A DNA stretch of 63,827 nt, counting the filler, from Lenisia limosa (lineage: Eukaryota; Protista; Breviatea): NCBI GenBank assembly GCA_001655205.1. It is 12 parts of 12 records of this genome, joined end to end, with 100 filler letters (N's around TTAATTAATTAA, not from the genome) between each part and the next. Parts side by side here need not be neighbours in the genome. Positions count along the whole stretch, not along the records: positions 44,568 to 54,342 come from LPNZ01006975.1; positions 54,443 to 56,449 come from LPNZ01001199.1; positions 56,550 to 57,839 come from LPNZ01005679.1; positions 57,940 to 61,855 come from LPNZ01006928.1; 8 more parts are not named here. The stretch is one strand, 5' to 3'. The position numbers and the translations under genes were made by a program. Positions 51,206-61,560 of the stretch are shown here, in pieces (within the stretch, counting starts at the first letter, position 1; each line of letters starts with the position of its first letter). A model generated the notes under the pieces. That model was not told where the DNA came from. It was given only the letters and a program-made list of their open reading frames with translations, and ran no database searches.

Positions 51206-54200
51206 ATGAAGGCTACTCTGTCTGTTAGGGCAGCGTCATCATCTATTGAAAAAGGCGAAACCTCATGGTATTGTCCCGTCATTAAAGCTCTCGTTTTGAC
51301 TTCCTTCTAGGACTCTAGTTCAGGCTACATACGAAAACTCCGAGCTTAAGCTCGAAAAGATCGAAAACGGCGAACAGGTATGACGATCTTTTCAATCTCT
51401 TCCCTCTTGCCGCCATCACCTCCTTGCAGTATGCCAAAATCATCCGTGAAGGCCTCCGCCTCGGCGAGGTTCCCGCAGAGCAAAAGGTCTATGGTAAGAC
51501 CAACGTCTTCAAACTGTCCGATACGGCTGGGCGGCACTATCTCTTCTCTACTGAAACTGTCGAGCTTAAGGAGGATATCTTAACCGAGTATGAGAAGGGC
51601 CTGCCGATGTTCTGTTTCCTATTTCAAAAAGAGGAAATAACCAGCGTGATCATTGGAATTGTTTAGAGTTGGCTAAATTCCTCGAATTGATTGGTGGGGC
51701 TTTGTAATGCGTAGAGGAGGGAACTTGTCACAATAATTCCGAAATTATGAGTGATTGAAATGAGACTATTATTAAGTGAGATTCCACTAATAAATTGAAT
51801 ATTTAGGGGAATATGGGTTTGTTTCCTTCTTGTATACTGGAAGAAACAGTTTATGAGCAAAAACCATATATTGATCACAATATGTATCTTGTTCTGATCT
51901 TCCAGTACGTTACATAATTTGTCCAATATTGGATGTACTTTTCATCATTAATGTATAATAATTCAACTCTTAGAGCATACTACATAAATAAAAAACAATT
52001 ATGTAATTATTACACAACATTATTTTATGCATACATAGATCTACATGCTTTATCCGACTTTTTAGGATGGAAATGCCCCGTGCCGACCAGGACCTTGTCC
52101 GTGACTGTAACAGGCAGGTCCGTTGGTTTCCTTTTTGGATACAAGAACATCGGGGGTTTTTATACTGTAATATAATCATAGTATATATGGATATCACTTG
52201 ATTCCTTCATTTTCAATCAGAGAGTGTGTGATTCTTGATAAATCACCTTTAAATATATACTTCCCAGGTCTTTTGAGACTAGGGCTTCACTTCGGTTCGA
52301 AAAATACCGGTAAAATATCGATAGTTTTCGAGGATTTATCGAAATTAAGTCTTTTTATGAACCGAAGTGAAGCTCTATTTGTGGCTGAAAGTGAATCCGC
52401 TCTCTTACTCCTTGTAGGCCCTCAAACAACAAAAGTCCACCGCCGGGAATGACGAGGAGCAATCCACTGATGAGAGCAGTGAGGGCGAAGCCGTGACGGA
52501 TGACGATGATGATGATGAAGGTGGGTGATGAGGATGATGATAATGATGATGATGACGGTGATGATGGTAATGGTGATGACTGAGGTTTGTAAAGGTTGTT
52601 TATGGGGATGATGTACACAAAGGCGCATCCACTTGAGATTCCAATGTAGTATTAGGAATCACATAAATTCTTTCAAATTTCCATATGCAAAATAATTGTA
52701 TATGTAAATATGGGAAGCCCAACTTTTCATAAGAACCCCAAGTCCATTCGCCATAGAGTGGTTAGTACCAAATGAACATGTGGAGTGATTCCTCATTCCA
52801 GAGTTTTTGACACTATCACCGCAATTAATTTTGCTATAATTAGGGCTTCCCTACGGTCCGAAAAGAAAGATAAAAGATCGATATTTATCGAGAAATTCAG
52901 ACTTTTTTGGGACGGGACCGTAGCTGTAGAACATAGTACATCCATTCAGGCTTGAAAAATCATGGTGTTGAAACAACCACCCTGAGGAATATGAACAAAA
53001 TTGGAAGAACCTTTAGCCATAGTCTTCTTGAGTTGTTCTTACGACTACGTGCAATTAATTTTTTGAAGAAATTAATTGACAAAATTTGAAATTAAAGTGT
53101 CTGAAATGGGGTTCCCGTGACAATATGTCACACTTCAAATTCGGCAATTATTTTTTCAATAAATTGCACGGAGCTCTGATTTTGAACGGCTGTCTTGTAA
53201 GTAATGATCGTTCCACATGTTTCATTAGTACTCTCACAACCCTTTACGTCTTGTTAGTAGTTTAATCGTATGTTATAATATTTCACTACTGGAGGTACAG
53301 ATATCATATATCATATACTCTACGATGTACATGTACATGTACAAATGTACATATGATATTAAATATATGATATTATATCATATGACATGGTGTGGTGTTT
53401 TGGAAAATTTTGATTTCTCTGTAGATGTGACCAGTGACGACGAGCCATCCGACAATGAAATGCCCAAGGTAGGGGTTGGTATACTATCATATAATATGAA
53501 CCCCGCAGACCATGGATTTATCATCATTACCCCGTCAGCCAAAAGAGTTGATTTTGGGCTTCTTTTGTTGTTGTTGTTTTTTGTTTCATAATTTTTCCAA
53601 TTTTACAATGGGATGCGGTGCTGCAGAAGCGACTAGCCTGGGCTTTGTTCTGTCACAATCAACCCTCGGGTGTTGTCAGCAAACAGTTGATTTGTGTGTT
53701 ATTATTTTATTTCATCATAATTTTTTTCCATTTTACCCCGCTCACCCCCCAGGTTAACCCTGGCAAACTCCCGACCAGCTCTACAGAGGTTATTTGCGAG
53801 GGTTGGCTCTGGAAAAGAGGCTCAGCCTCCACGCATGCCCATTCAAACTGGTTGGGGGGGGGGGGTGTATCAGCCAACAGAGTTGATTTTGGGCTTCTTT
53901 TTTTTTTTGTGTCATAAATTTGTTTCGTTTTACCCCTCCCCCCCGCAGGAAAAGACGGTACTTCGTCTACACCCTAGGCCGTGTTCGTTACTATAAGAGC
54001 CCTCCTTCTTCCGCCTCATCTTCATCAAAGGGCGAGATCAAGGTCGATGTATGGGGGGAGGAGGAGGGTCTATAGTGGCATTAAAGTTCTCCGTTATTTT
54101 GTTATTATATATTTTATTTTTTTTGTGTGTCAGGTTTTGTTTCTCTCATTTTATTAATTCAAAAACAGTGTTTGACCCCCCCTCCCCCAGGATTTGGTTA

Positions 54201-54270
54201 TGAACGAAGTTCCTGCTGAAATGGAGGTCTTCGGCAAGATCAACTGCTGGAAATGGAGTGTTGATGGTGG
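51206..54270 (+). CDS. Tandem PH-domain protein with acidic linker; partial
   Basis: The first PH-like unit ends EVPAEQKVYGKTNVFKL...RHYLFST. An acidic linker follows. The second PH starts ICEGWLWKRG...NW|KRRYFVY...RYYK...KGEIKV and continues NEVPAEMEVFGKINCW, echoing the first unit. Confidence 0.78.
52280..52377. mobile_element. MITE family A copy (subfamily B copy at ~52841-52923)
   Basis: Runs ta|gggcttcacttcggttcgaaaaataccggtaaaatatcgatagttttcgagg...aaccgaagtgaagctc|ta. Confidence 0.85.
53851..53948 (+). repeat. Intron-terminal repeat family, type example: a 98-nt GT-AG intron that is essentially one repeat copy
   Basis: Sequence is gtt(g)12tgtatcagccaacagagttgattttgggcttc(t)n gtgtcataaatttgtttcgttttacccctcccccccgcag. 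Homologous copies lie at 1-45, 16141-16340, 38356-38465, 48655-48790, 50136-50225, 53505-53752, 54443-54467, 60065-60104 and 62339-62400. Confidence 0.8.
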
Positions 54271-54335
54271 GTGGATCAACTGCTGGAAATGGAGTGTTGA
54301 TGGTGGGTGGTGGAAATGGAGTGTTGATGAGGTGG
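54237..54335. repeat. 36-bp tandem duplication spanning an exon end
   Basis: gatcaactgctggaaatggagtgttgatggtgggtg occurs twice, plus a partial third copy. Confidence 0.8.
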
Positions 54336-55392
54336 AGGGATTNNNNNNNNNNNNNNNNNNNNNNNNNNNNNNNNNNNNNNNNNNNNTTAATTAATTAANN
54401 NNNNNNNNNNNNNNNNNNNNNNNNNNNNNNNNNNNNNNNNNNCAAAGCCCAGGCCAGTCGCTTCTGCCGCATGAAGTAACCGCACTTCCCAATAAAAAAA
54501 AACCCGAAAAACTATGACTTATATTTAGTAAAGAAACGTGTAGTGCCTTCAACTCAGAAGCAGGGCGTCTAACCTAGCACTGGATTGGGAAGAGAAGAAA
54601 AAATGTCTAATTCAATTGAAGTTCTCCATCAGCAGGCAATTCTCTAATGTTTTTGTTTGTTATTGAGTGTCTTCGTATTGCACTGTGTTCCCACTTATTA
54701 GCTATTCTGACCAAGTTCCATGCCTATTACTACCCCCCTCTGATCAAGCCTAATACGATGGTAATGGGCTTCTTTATAACGCAAATATGAGCCCACGCCC
54801 GCACAAAAAAGGGCAACATGACTCATAATCATAATCATTCAATTCGGCATCCTATCATACTTTATAGTGATATTAGCGATATTTTTGTCCCTTTAAGACG
54901 AAAGAAAGCAAGTGTCGCAGGAGGAATGAGGAATAATAAGAGCTTTCTGACAATCGCCCAACCCCACCTTTAGCAGCGGAAGGGAGCTTCTTGCCAGACT
55001 CTGGCGGCGCTGAAAGCGGCTCCATGCTGACCGAAAACAATGGCGAGGCTGCTGTTTACATTCTACGTCGATGCAAAGATAAAAGGATGATGTAGGAAGG
55101 GTCAAAGCTGATCAAGTCTCTTCCTAGGATCAAGGCAGCTGGGGGAGAGCGGCAAATATAGGTTGCTTAAGACAGGTCTTTTTTATGGAACTGTGATCAA
55201 TTTTTTAGCGATTTGAGCGCAAAAGGGAAGAGGGCGCGCCGAAAAAAATGTTTTGACTTGAAGGCGGCGGCGCACTATTTAAAGCTTCTTGTCTTCAGAA
55301 AAGAACCTTTTTACCTTAAATTAGTGCTGTTGCGTCACTGTTTATTGCTTTTAATAAATATAGCCCGCTAGTTGTCAGGAATCTTTGTAAAT

Positions 55393-56082
55393 ATGGAGGG
55401 GGATTCTCGCCTTTCGCGCGAAAAAGAGGTTTGCTTCCCGTAAATGTTGCTAACTTTGATGTTTAGGAGCGTTCACGGGACCACCGGTCGTCAAAATCGT
55501 CTTCCTCAAGCAGAGCTGAAAGGACGTCTAACTTAGAGTAGGAGCGCTCTCCTGTCTTCCTCTATCCGTTTCTATTATTTTACCATCTAACCCATTTCAG
55601 ACGTGATGGTCGTGATAGGGAAAGAGACTACCGACGAGACGACAGGAAGCCAAGGTTTGCGGATCAAATCCTTGAACCCTTCCTTCCTTTGCAAGGCGAC
55701 CCTTGCTTGAGCCACACTTAAGATAAACCAACATATGATCTCTAATATCGTGTTAGATACTGTGACTGGTCTCTCTCTCTCTGTCTTTGCTCCTTCTTTT
55801 CCATTACTTTACTATCACATATATCAGTTACTGTGATCATACCTTTGCACAACCTGCATCATTTGGGTCGAGAAGATAGCAAAATTGGTATTTCTATCTA
55901 TTAGCAGCAAAACTGATGTAGGGAGTATGATGACATAAAACAACAACACAGGGATGATAATGATCAAATCAAACACTAACAACCTAGGGATGATGATGAC
56001 AGACGTACACGCGACCGTAGGGATGACAGAAGAGACAGGGATCGCCGTGATCGTGATGGAGATCGGTATAGTAGGAATAGGT
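55393..56082 (+). CDS. RD/RE-rich (splicing-factor-like) protein, N-terminal exons only
   Basis: Reads MEGDSRLSREKE|ERSRDHRSSKSSSSSRAER, RDGRDRERDYRRDDRKPR and RDDDDRRTRDRRDDRRDRDRRDRDGDRYSRNR, with AG/GT borders. Confidence 0.6.
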
Positions 56083-56135
56083 CTGGAGGGTCCACATCTG
56101 TGTTTAAAATAGTAGTAGATCATGTTTGGTTCTCA

Positions 56136-56298
56136 GGGGTTAAAGCAGGTCTCCAAACCAGATTCATTACGTAATCTTAACCGAGCCCCAAATTTATGAA
56201 GTTTGGTCAAAAGTAGCCAAAAGCTGTACCCCAAATCCATGGGAAAATCCTTACACTCCGAGGTTTCATTCTGGTTAAGCGACCTGCTTTATTACCCC
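56136..56298. mobile_element. ~160-bp TIR element (ggggttaaagcaggtc...gacctgctttattacccc); partial copy at ~25278-25350
   Basis: Imperfect inverted ends; aaagcaggtctccaaaccagattca is shared with 25279-25303. Confidence 0.55.
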
Positions 56299-56414
56299 AG
56301 TTTTATTTCTTTCATAAATGGGCACGATTGCATTACTTTAGGGTGTTGTTGACTTTCGCTAATAAAAAATACTTTTTCAAAAAATGAAAAAGGAGCTACA
56401 TATCACATGTTTTC

Positions 56415-56417
<3 letters not shown>

Positions 56418-56449
<32 letters not shown>
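56418..56449. repeat. (TA)n microsatellite at scaffold end
   Basis: Direct inspection of the sequence. Confidence 0.9.
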
Positions 56450-56664
56450 NNNNNNNNNNNNNNNNNNNNNNNNNNNNNNNNNNNNNNNNNNNNTTAATTA
56501 ATTAANNNNNNNNNNNNNNNNNNNNNNNNNNNNNNNNNNNNNNNNNNNNTGTATTATCAATTATAATAAATATAGAGTGCGAGCTAATATAACAACATAA
56601 TAGCCATAAAAAATATATAATATATGATATAGTACTATATATATATAGCATTTGGTATGTATAG

Positions 56665-57177
56665 TCAAAGCTCCGGACATCATTCAAAACCCACCGGACA
56701 CATCAAAACTCTCGGACAGCTTGAGTTTTCCATATAAAATCATCAATCCTATTTCCCTTTTGTTTTCGAAAGTAATTTCAATCTTAATCAAAGGATAAAA
56801 CGCCTACTTCATATATTGTCGGGTCAAAAACCAAATTAAGTCCCTAAGCTCTAGAGATTTACGCTCCAAATACTGTCAAAAACACGCAAAACCGTAAAAA
56901 AAGGCAACATTCAAGAAATAAATGGCGACCATCCGGGACAGTTTACCCTTGTAAGATAAGATTCAGAAAAAAAATCCTGTGAAAAGGCAAAAGGGGGACC
57001 CCCGGGAGACCAAATTNNNNNNNNNNTTTGAAAAAAAAAGATGGGAAACATTATGAGGTCCATTTCTCTATGTGTCTGTCGAAGCAGTTTTTTTTGAAAC
57101 ACTAACATGGTGTCAACTTCAAGCTGTCCGATGTTTTGATGTGTCCGGTGAATTTTGAATGATGTCCGGAGCTTTGA
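56665..57177. mobile_element. ~510-bp non-autonomous element with ~60-bp TIRs containing CGGACA subrepeats
   Basis: tcaaagctccggacatcattcaaaa..ccggacacatcaaaac..tcggacagcttga at the left end is mirrored by tcaagctgtccga.gttttgatgtgtccgg..ttttgaatgatgtccggagctttga at the right. Confidence 0.7.
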
Positions 57178-58137
57178 GGACCCACATATAATATTTTATG
57201 TAGTATATGATATATGATATGTACTTAGCGTGATGTGAATCCCGATTGTATATGATATAATACATGATATGTATATAGAGTGACCGTGGCAAGTCTTGAC
57301 CGACCTTGGGAAATTAGACAGCAAATCGGCCAAGACTAATCTGGTCCCCCTGTACGTGGTATTTGATTGTAAGATTTCGTAATATATATAATTAATTATA
57401 GATGCAAACCTGGGGTGACGAAAACGCGGCTTTGGGCTGCGGTATGGCCTGTAGGATGGGCTGGGTCTGGGGTGGGGGAGAAAAAATAACGAAGGTTGTG
57501 GTGGATTAGATTATTTCTACTCATATTGGATGAAAATAGGGTGAAAGTGAGGTGAAAATAAGGAAAAAATTGGGTGACAATTTTACCGATCTTGTTATGA
57601 ACCGTAAGGAACCTCTTGATGTATAAAATTACATAAATGTTGATATTCAAGTGCGTAATCAATGGATACAAGCAATCATATCATATCTTTTTACCTCAAT
57701 ATAATGGTTCCTACCTGGGGGGACGAAAACGCTTGGGGCTGTGGCATTGCCTGGGGGATGGGCTGGGCCTGTGGGTGATTAAATATATTATGATATTAAT
57801 TTAGATAAGAAATAAAAAAACAAGGCTGTATCTGGCCGANNNNNNNNNNNNNNNNNNNNNNNNNNNNNNNNNNNNNNNNNNNNTTAATTAATTAANNNNN
57901 NNNNNNNNNNNNNNNNNNNNNNNNNNNNNNNNNNNNNNNGTGGTTACCATTCTCATAGGCAACGCATGCAGTATTAGAGATCAGCCCAAGAGGGAACATG
58001 AAAAAAAATCGTATCATCTTAAAAAGGGGGTGGCAGCGTTTGAACAAAATCAAAAAATTTAAGGTTATTTTTGCAACACACGGTTTTTAAAGAGCCACCC
58101 GTTTTTAGACAAGCCAAAATTTCTGACCTTCCCACAG

Positions 58138-61100
58138 ATACCTTGCATTTGATCTCACCGCCATTCGAGCGTTGAGAGTTCTTAAGCCCCTGCGTTTCAT
58201 TTCNNNNNNNNNNNNNNNNNNNNNNNNNNNNNNNNNNNNNNNNNNNNNNNNNNNNNTCAAAAGTAAGGCTTTGGGATATATTTCGGCAAAGTGTATTCTT
58301 TGTTACTGCTTTTTTTGTTAATTCTTGCATCTTGAATAATAATTCGATTGAATGTCGAAATGGGAAGGCAGTTATAATTCTCCAGGTATGAGACTGATTA
58401 TCAACTCGCTCTTCCTTGCTCTCCCCGGCCTACTAACGGTCCTTCTCCTCTGCTCCTTCATCTTCGTCATCTTTGGCGTAATTGGAGTGGACTTTTACAG
58501 TGACCGTTTGCACTATAGATGTCTTCAGGATGGGACAACTGGTGGGTGTGGGCTTGTTAGGGCTTCCCAACGGTCCCCAAAACGACCGTTTAAGTATCAA
58601 GGTATTTATAGGATTTATCATCGGGAGATTCGGTCATTTTAGGGACCGTAGGAAAGCCCAAGGGCTAGTTAAGAACAGAACTGATCATGACCAATAAAGA
58701 ATGCTGCATTATCTGTCACTATATTACGTATGAGTAGGGTTTCACTTCGTTCAAAAAAGACCAATACAATGTTTTTGAATTTATCGAGAAATTCAGTCTT
58801 TTTTCGAACTGAAGTGAAGCATGGTTATTGTGGAGAGGGAATGTCATGTCTAACCCAATTAGATGTGTGGCTGGAGTTAGAAGGTACAACTTCACGACTG
58901 TGTTCCACCGATGATCTGGGGAGAGCATGGTATGGGGTGGTGACATTATATGACGTGAAATCCATAGTATGGGTATTGGATGTGAGACTTTTGTTGGTTC
59001 ATGCTACCATAGTCCCACTGGATTCACCTGTACCGATTACGGAAGCAACCCCATCTACAACAGCGTATCTTTCGACGATATTCTCCACGCTTGGCTCACT
59101 ATCTTCACCTGTGTCACTGAGGTTCGTCACATTATTGTGTATTTTGTTATTTGAGTCGTTTGATCCTAATTTACACTATGTATTTCACTCAATTTTTGTT
59201 AACCCAGCCATTTTTTAATCAAAATCAATAAGTTGCAATCTACAGAAGTTTCCAGCATTTCATCCCAATTAGGAAGGTTGGACCTCGATCACCTACCTTA
59301 TAAGGGAGTCTTCGGGTGACTGGGCCTTTCTCTACGTTCCACTGATCGTTATTTTCGGTGCCATGTTTGCGATTAATTTAGCGCTTGCTGTGCTCCATGC
59401 TCAGTTCTCGGAGGCCAGTAATGTGGTGAGGGGGACAGGGCAGCCTTCCAAGTAAATTCATTCACAGTACAATTTTTTAAAACACACCATTTTTTACCGT
59501 TCTAGTCATTGGACGAGTGTGCAGCAGTTGAAATCCCAGAAGATAAGGAGCTACTCCCGCAGCGACAAGTGGGGGGTTTGAACAAGAGAAATAGTATACA
59601 TTAGAAATCTAGGGAAACATACATAGGGATACCATAAACAAATTACCAGGGGAGGGGGGTGAGCTATTCCTAATAAGGCAAGTTTAGAAGTGTAGAGATG
59701 AAATGGTTTATACAAGGGCTCTGTGCGTTTAATTGTTTGAGAAATTTAGTTGACAAAATTTGATATTTAAGTGTCTCGAATAGGGTTCTCGTTATAATAT
59801 AAGAGCCCTAGTTTCTACGTATGTCAAAGTTGGGAGAGCTATTGTATATCAAATGTGTTTTTTTTTTATTATTGTTTTATCCCAATCAGGTTCTTCCTCT
59901 ATACTATAATCTAATATCTCTTATAAGCGTGATGATGCGGACGGCTTCGGCCAGATATAACCTTATTTTTTATTTCTCATTGCTATACATACCCCGATAA
60001 CATTCTCAGCCGAGTCAAGCTTCGACCACTAACACCTGGGAATCAAGACTGAAGAAACGACGAGGTGGGGAGGGGTGTCGTTTGTTTTGTTATCAACCCT
60101 TGTGNNNNNNNNNNNNNNNNNNNNNNNNNNNNNNNNNNNNNNNNNNNNNNNNNNNNNNNNNNNNNNNNNNNNNNNNNNNNNNNNNNNNNNNNNNNNNNNN
60201 NNNNNNNNNNNNNNNNNNNNNNNNNNNNNNNCACCTCCAGATTCCTCCTCGGACTTCCAGAAGACAACTCGAGTATCAGGTCCTCCGACAGTTAGTCGAG
60301 GGAAGGTGGGAGGGGATGAGGTTTTTGTTTTTAATAAGAGAAATAATGTAAATCTAGGGAAACAAATAAATACATAGGGATACCATAAACAAATTACCAT
60401 GCCCCCGAGCCCAAATGAGGGGTTTTCAAGTGTATCCGTCACTTCAGTTCGAAAAAAGACTGATTTTCTCGATAAATCCTCGAAAATTATCGGTGTTTTA
60501 CCGGTCTTTTTCGAGCCGAATTGAAGCCGTAAGTACCGTACAAGTAATCTTGTAAATAAATAAATTTTAAACATTTTTAAATTTAAAATGTTGTATTAAA
60601 TGGAGCTCTTGCACAACCATTTCCAATTTTTAATTTCTTCCTGAAATGACATTGTTCCAGTCTGTTCCAACCGACATGAGTCCCGCCGTCCCCCTTCAGA
60701 ATATCCCATCCGAAGTCTTGGTATGTGAAATTTGCGTTTTTTTAGGTTCTAATGTTGTGAATGCCTTGGTAAAAACAGATTGTGTTTATCTCTTCACGCA
60801 ATCTCGACACTCTCCCTAAATATCCCACTTTCTTATTATTGTTAACTTTTGTTTTGGATTATTGTTAACTTTTGTTTTGGATTATTGTTTACTTTTATTT
60901 TGGAGGATTGTTAACTTGTGTTTTGGATTATTGTTAACCTCCCCCCCCCACCCCCCCAGCCATCCGACATGCATATGCCAGGGACAGTGTCTGAGNNNNN
61001 NNNNNNNNNNNNNNNNNNNNNNNNNNNNNNNNNNNNNNNNNNNNNNNNNNNNNNNNNNNNNNNNNNNNNNNNNNNNNNNNNNNNNNNNNNNNNNTCATTT

Positions 61101-61560
61101 TAGGTGCAAAATGACCCAAATCTAAAGATAGATATTTCGTCTTTTGTTTATTTTTCTCATTTCAACATATGAAATCATATCTTTCCATACCCCTGTGCCT
61201 CTATTTAAGGTTTCACTTCAGTTCGAAAAAGAGTGAATTTCTCGATAAATCCTCTAGTATAGACACATTAGTGGCCTTTTTTGAACCGAAGTGAAGCCCA
61301 ATTGTCCATAGCCTATATTATTTTCAACACCCTTCACATTGCATAGACGGAGCCTGAAATGTCAACAGCTGATGATACCAATACTCAGGTCTGTGAGCTG
61401 TCTTTCGCTATCATGAGCGATAACATAGATATTTATGAAATTATTTTTGGAGTAATAATTAAAAGGCGACCGATGCTGCATAACACTATAAAGTTTCCCA
61501 AAAGCGATGTTGATTGTTGCAGTTGGCACCCTCTGTTCAAGAGGCCTGGAGTGCTCGGCA
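58138..61560 (+). CDS. Four-domain-type voltage-gated Ca2+/Na+ channel, domain I (S4-S6) and following linker; partial
   Basis: S4 LTAIRALRVLKPLRFIS; S5 GMRLIINSL...LCSFIFVIFGVIGVDFY..LHYRC; P-loop NPIYNSVSFDDILHAWLTIFTCVTE|EGWT; S6 FGAMFAINLALAVLHAQFSEA. Confidence 0.9.
58558..58820. mobile_element. Adjacent MITE B (58558-58659) and A (58735-58820) copies in one channel-gene intron
   Basis: The B copy runs tagggcttcccaacggtcccc...agggaccgtaggaaagccc; the A copy runs tagggtttcacttcgttc...gaactgaagtgaagc. Confidence 0.8.
59929..59980 (+). repeat. Dispersed ~52-nt repeat (GTGATGGTGTGGACAGCTTCGGCCAGATACAACCTTGTTTTTTATTTCTCAT), at least 8 copies
   Basis: Copies on + at 20079-20114, 29281-29315 and 31246-31294. 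Copies on - at 9121-9152, 24507-24558, 46657-46696 and 57807-57839. Confidence 0.7.

Noticed and set aside
54560-55030. Possible minus-strand gene starting MEPLSAPPESGKKLPSAAK
   Set aside because: Only one convincing exon; I could not join downstream exons without stops.
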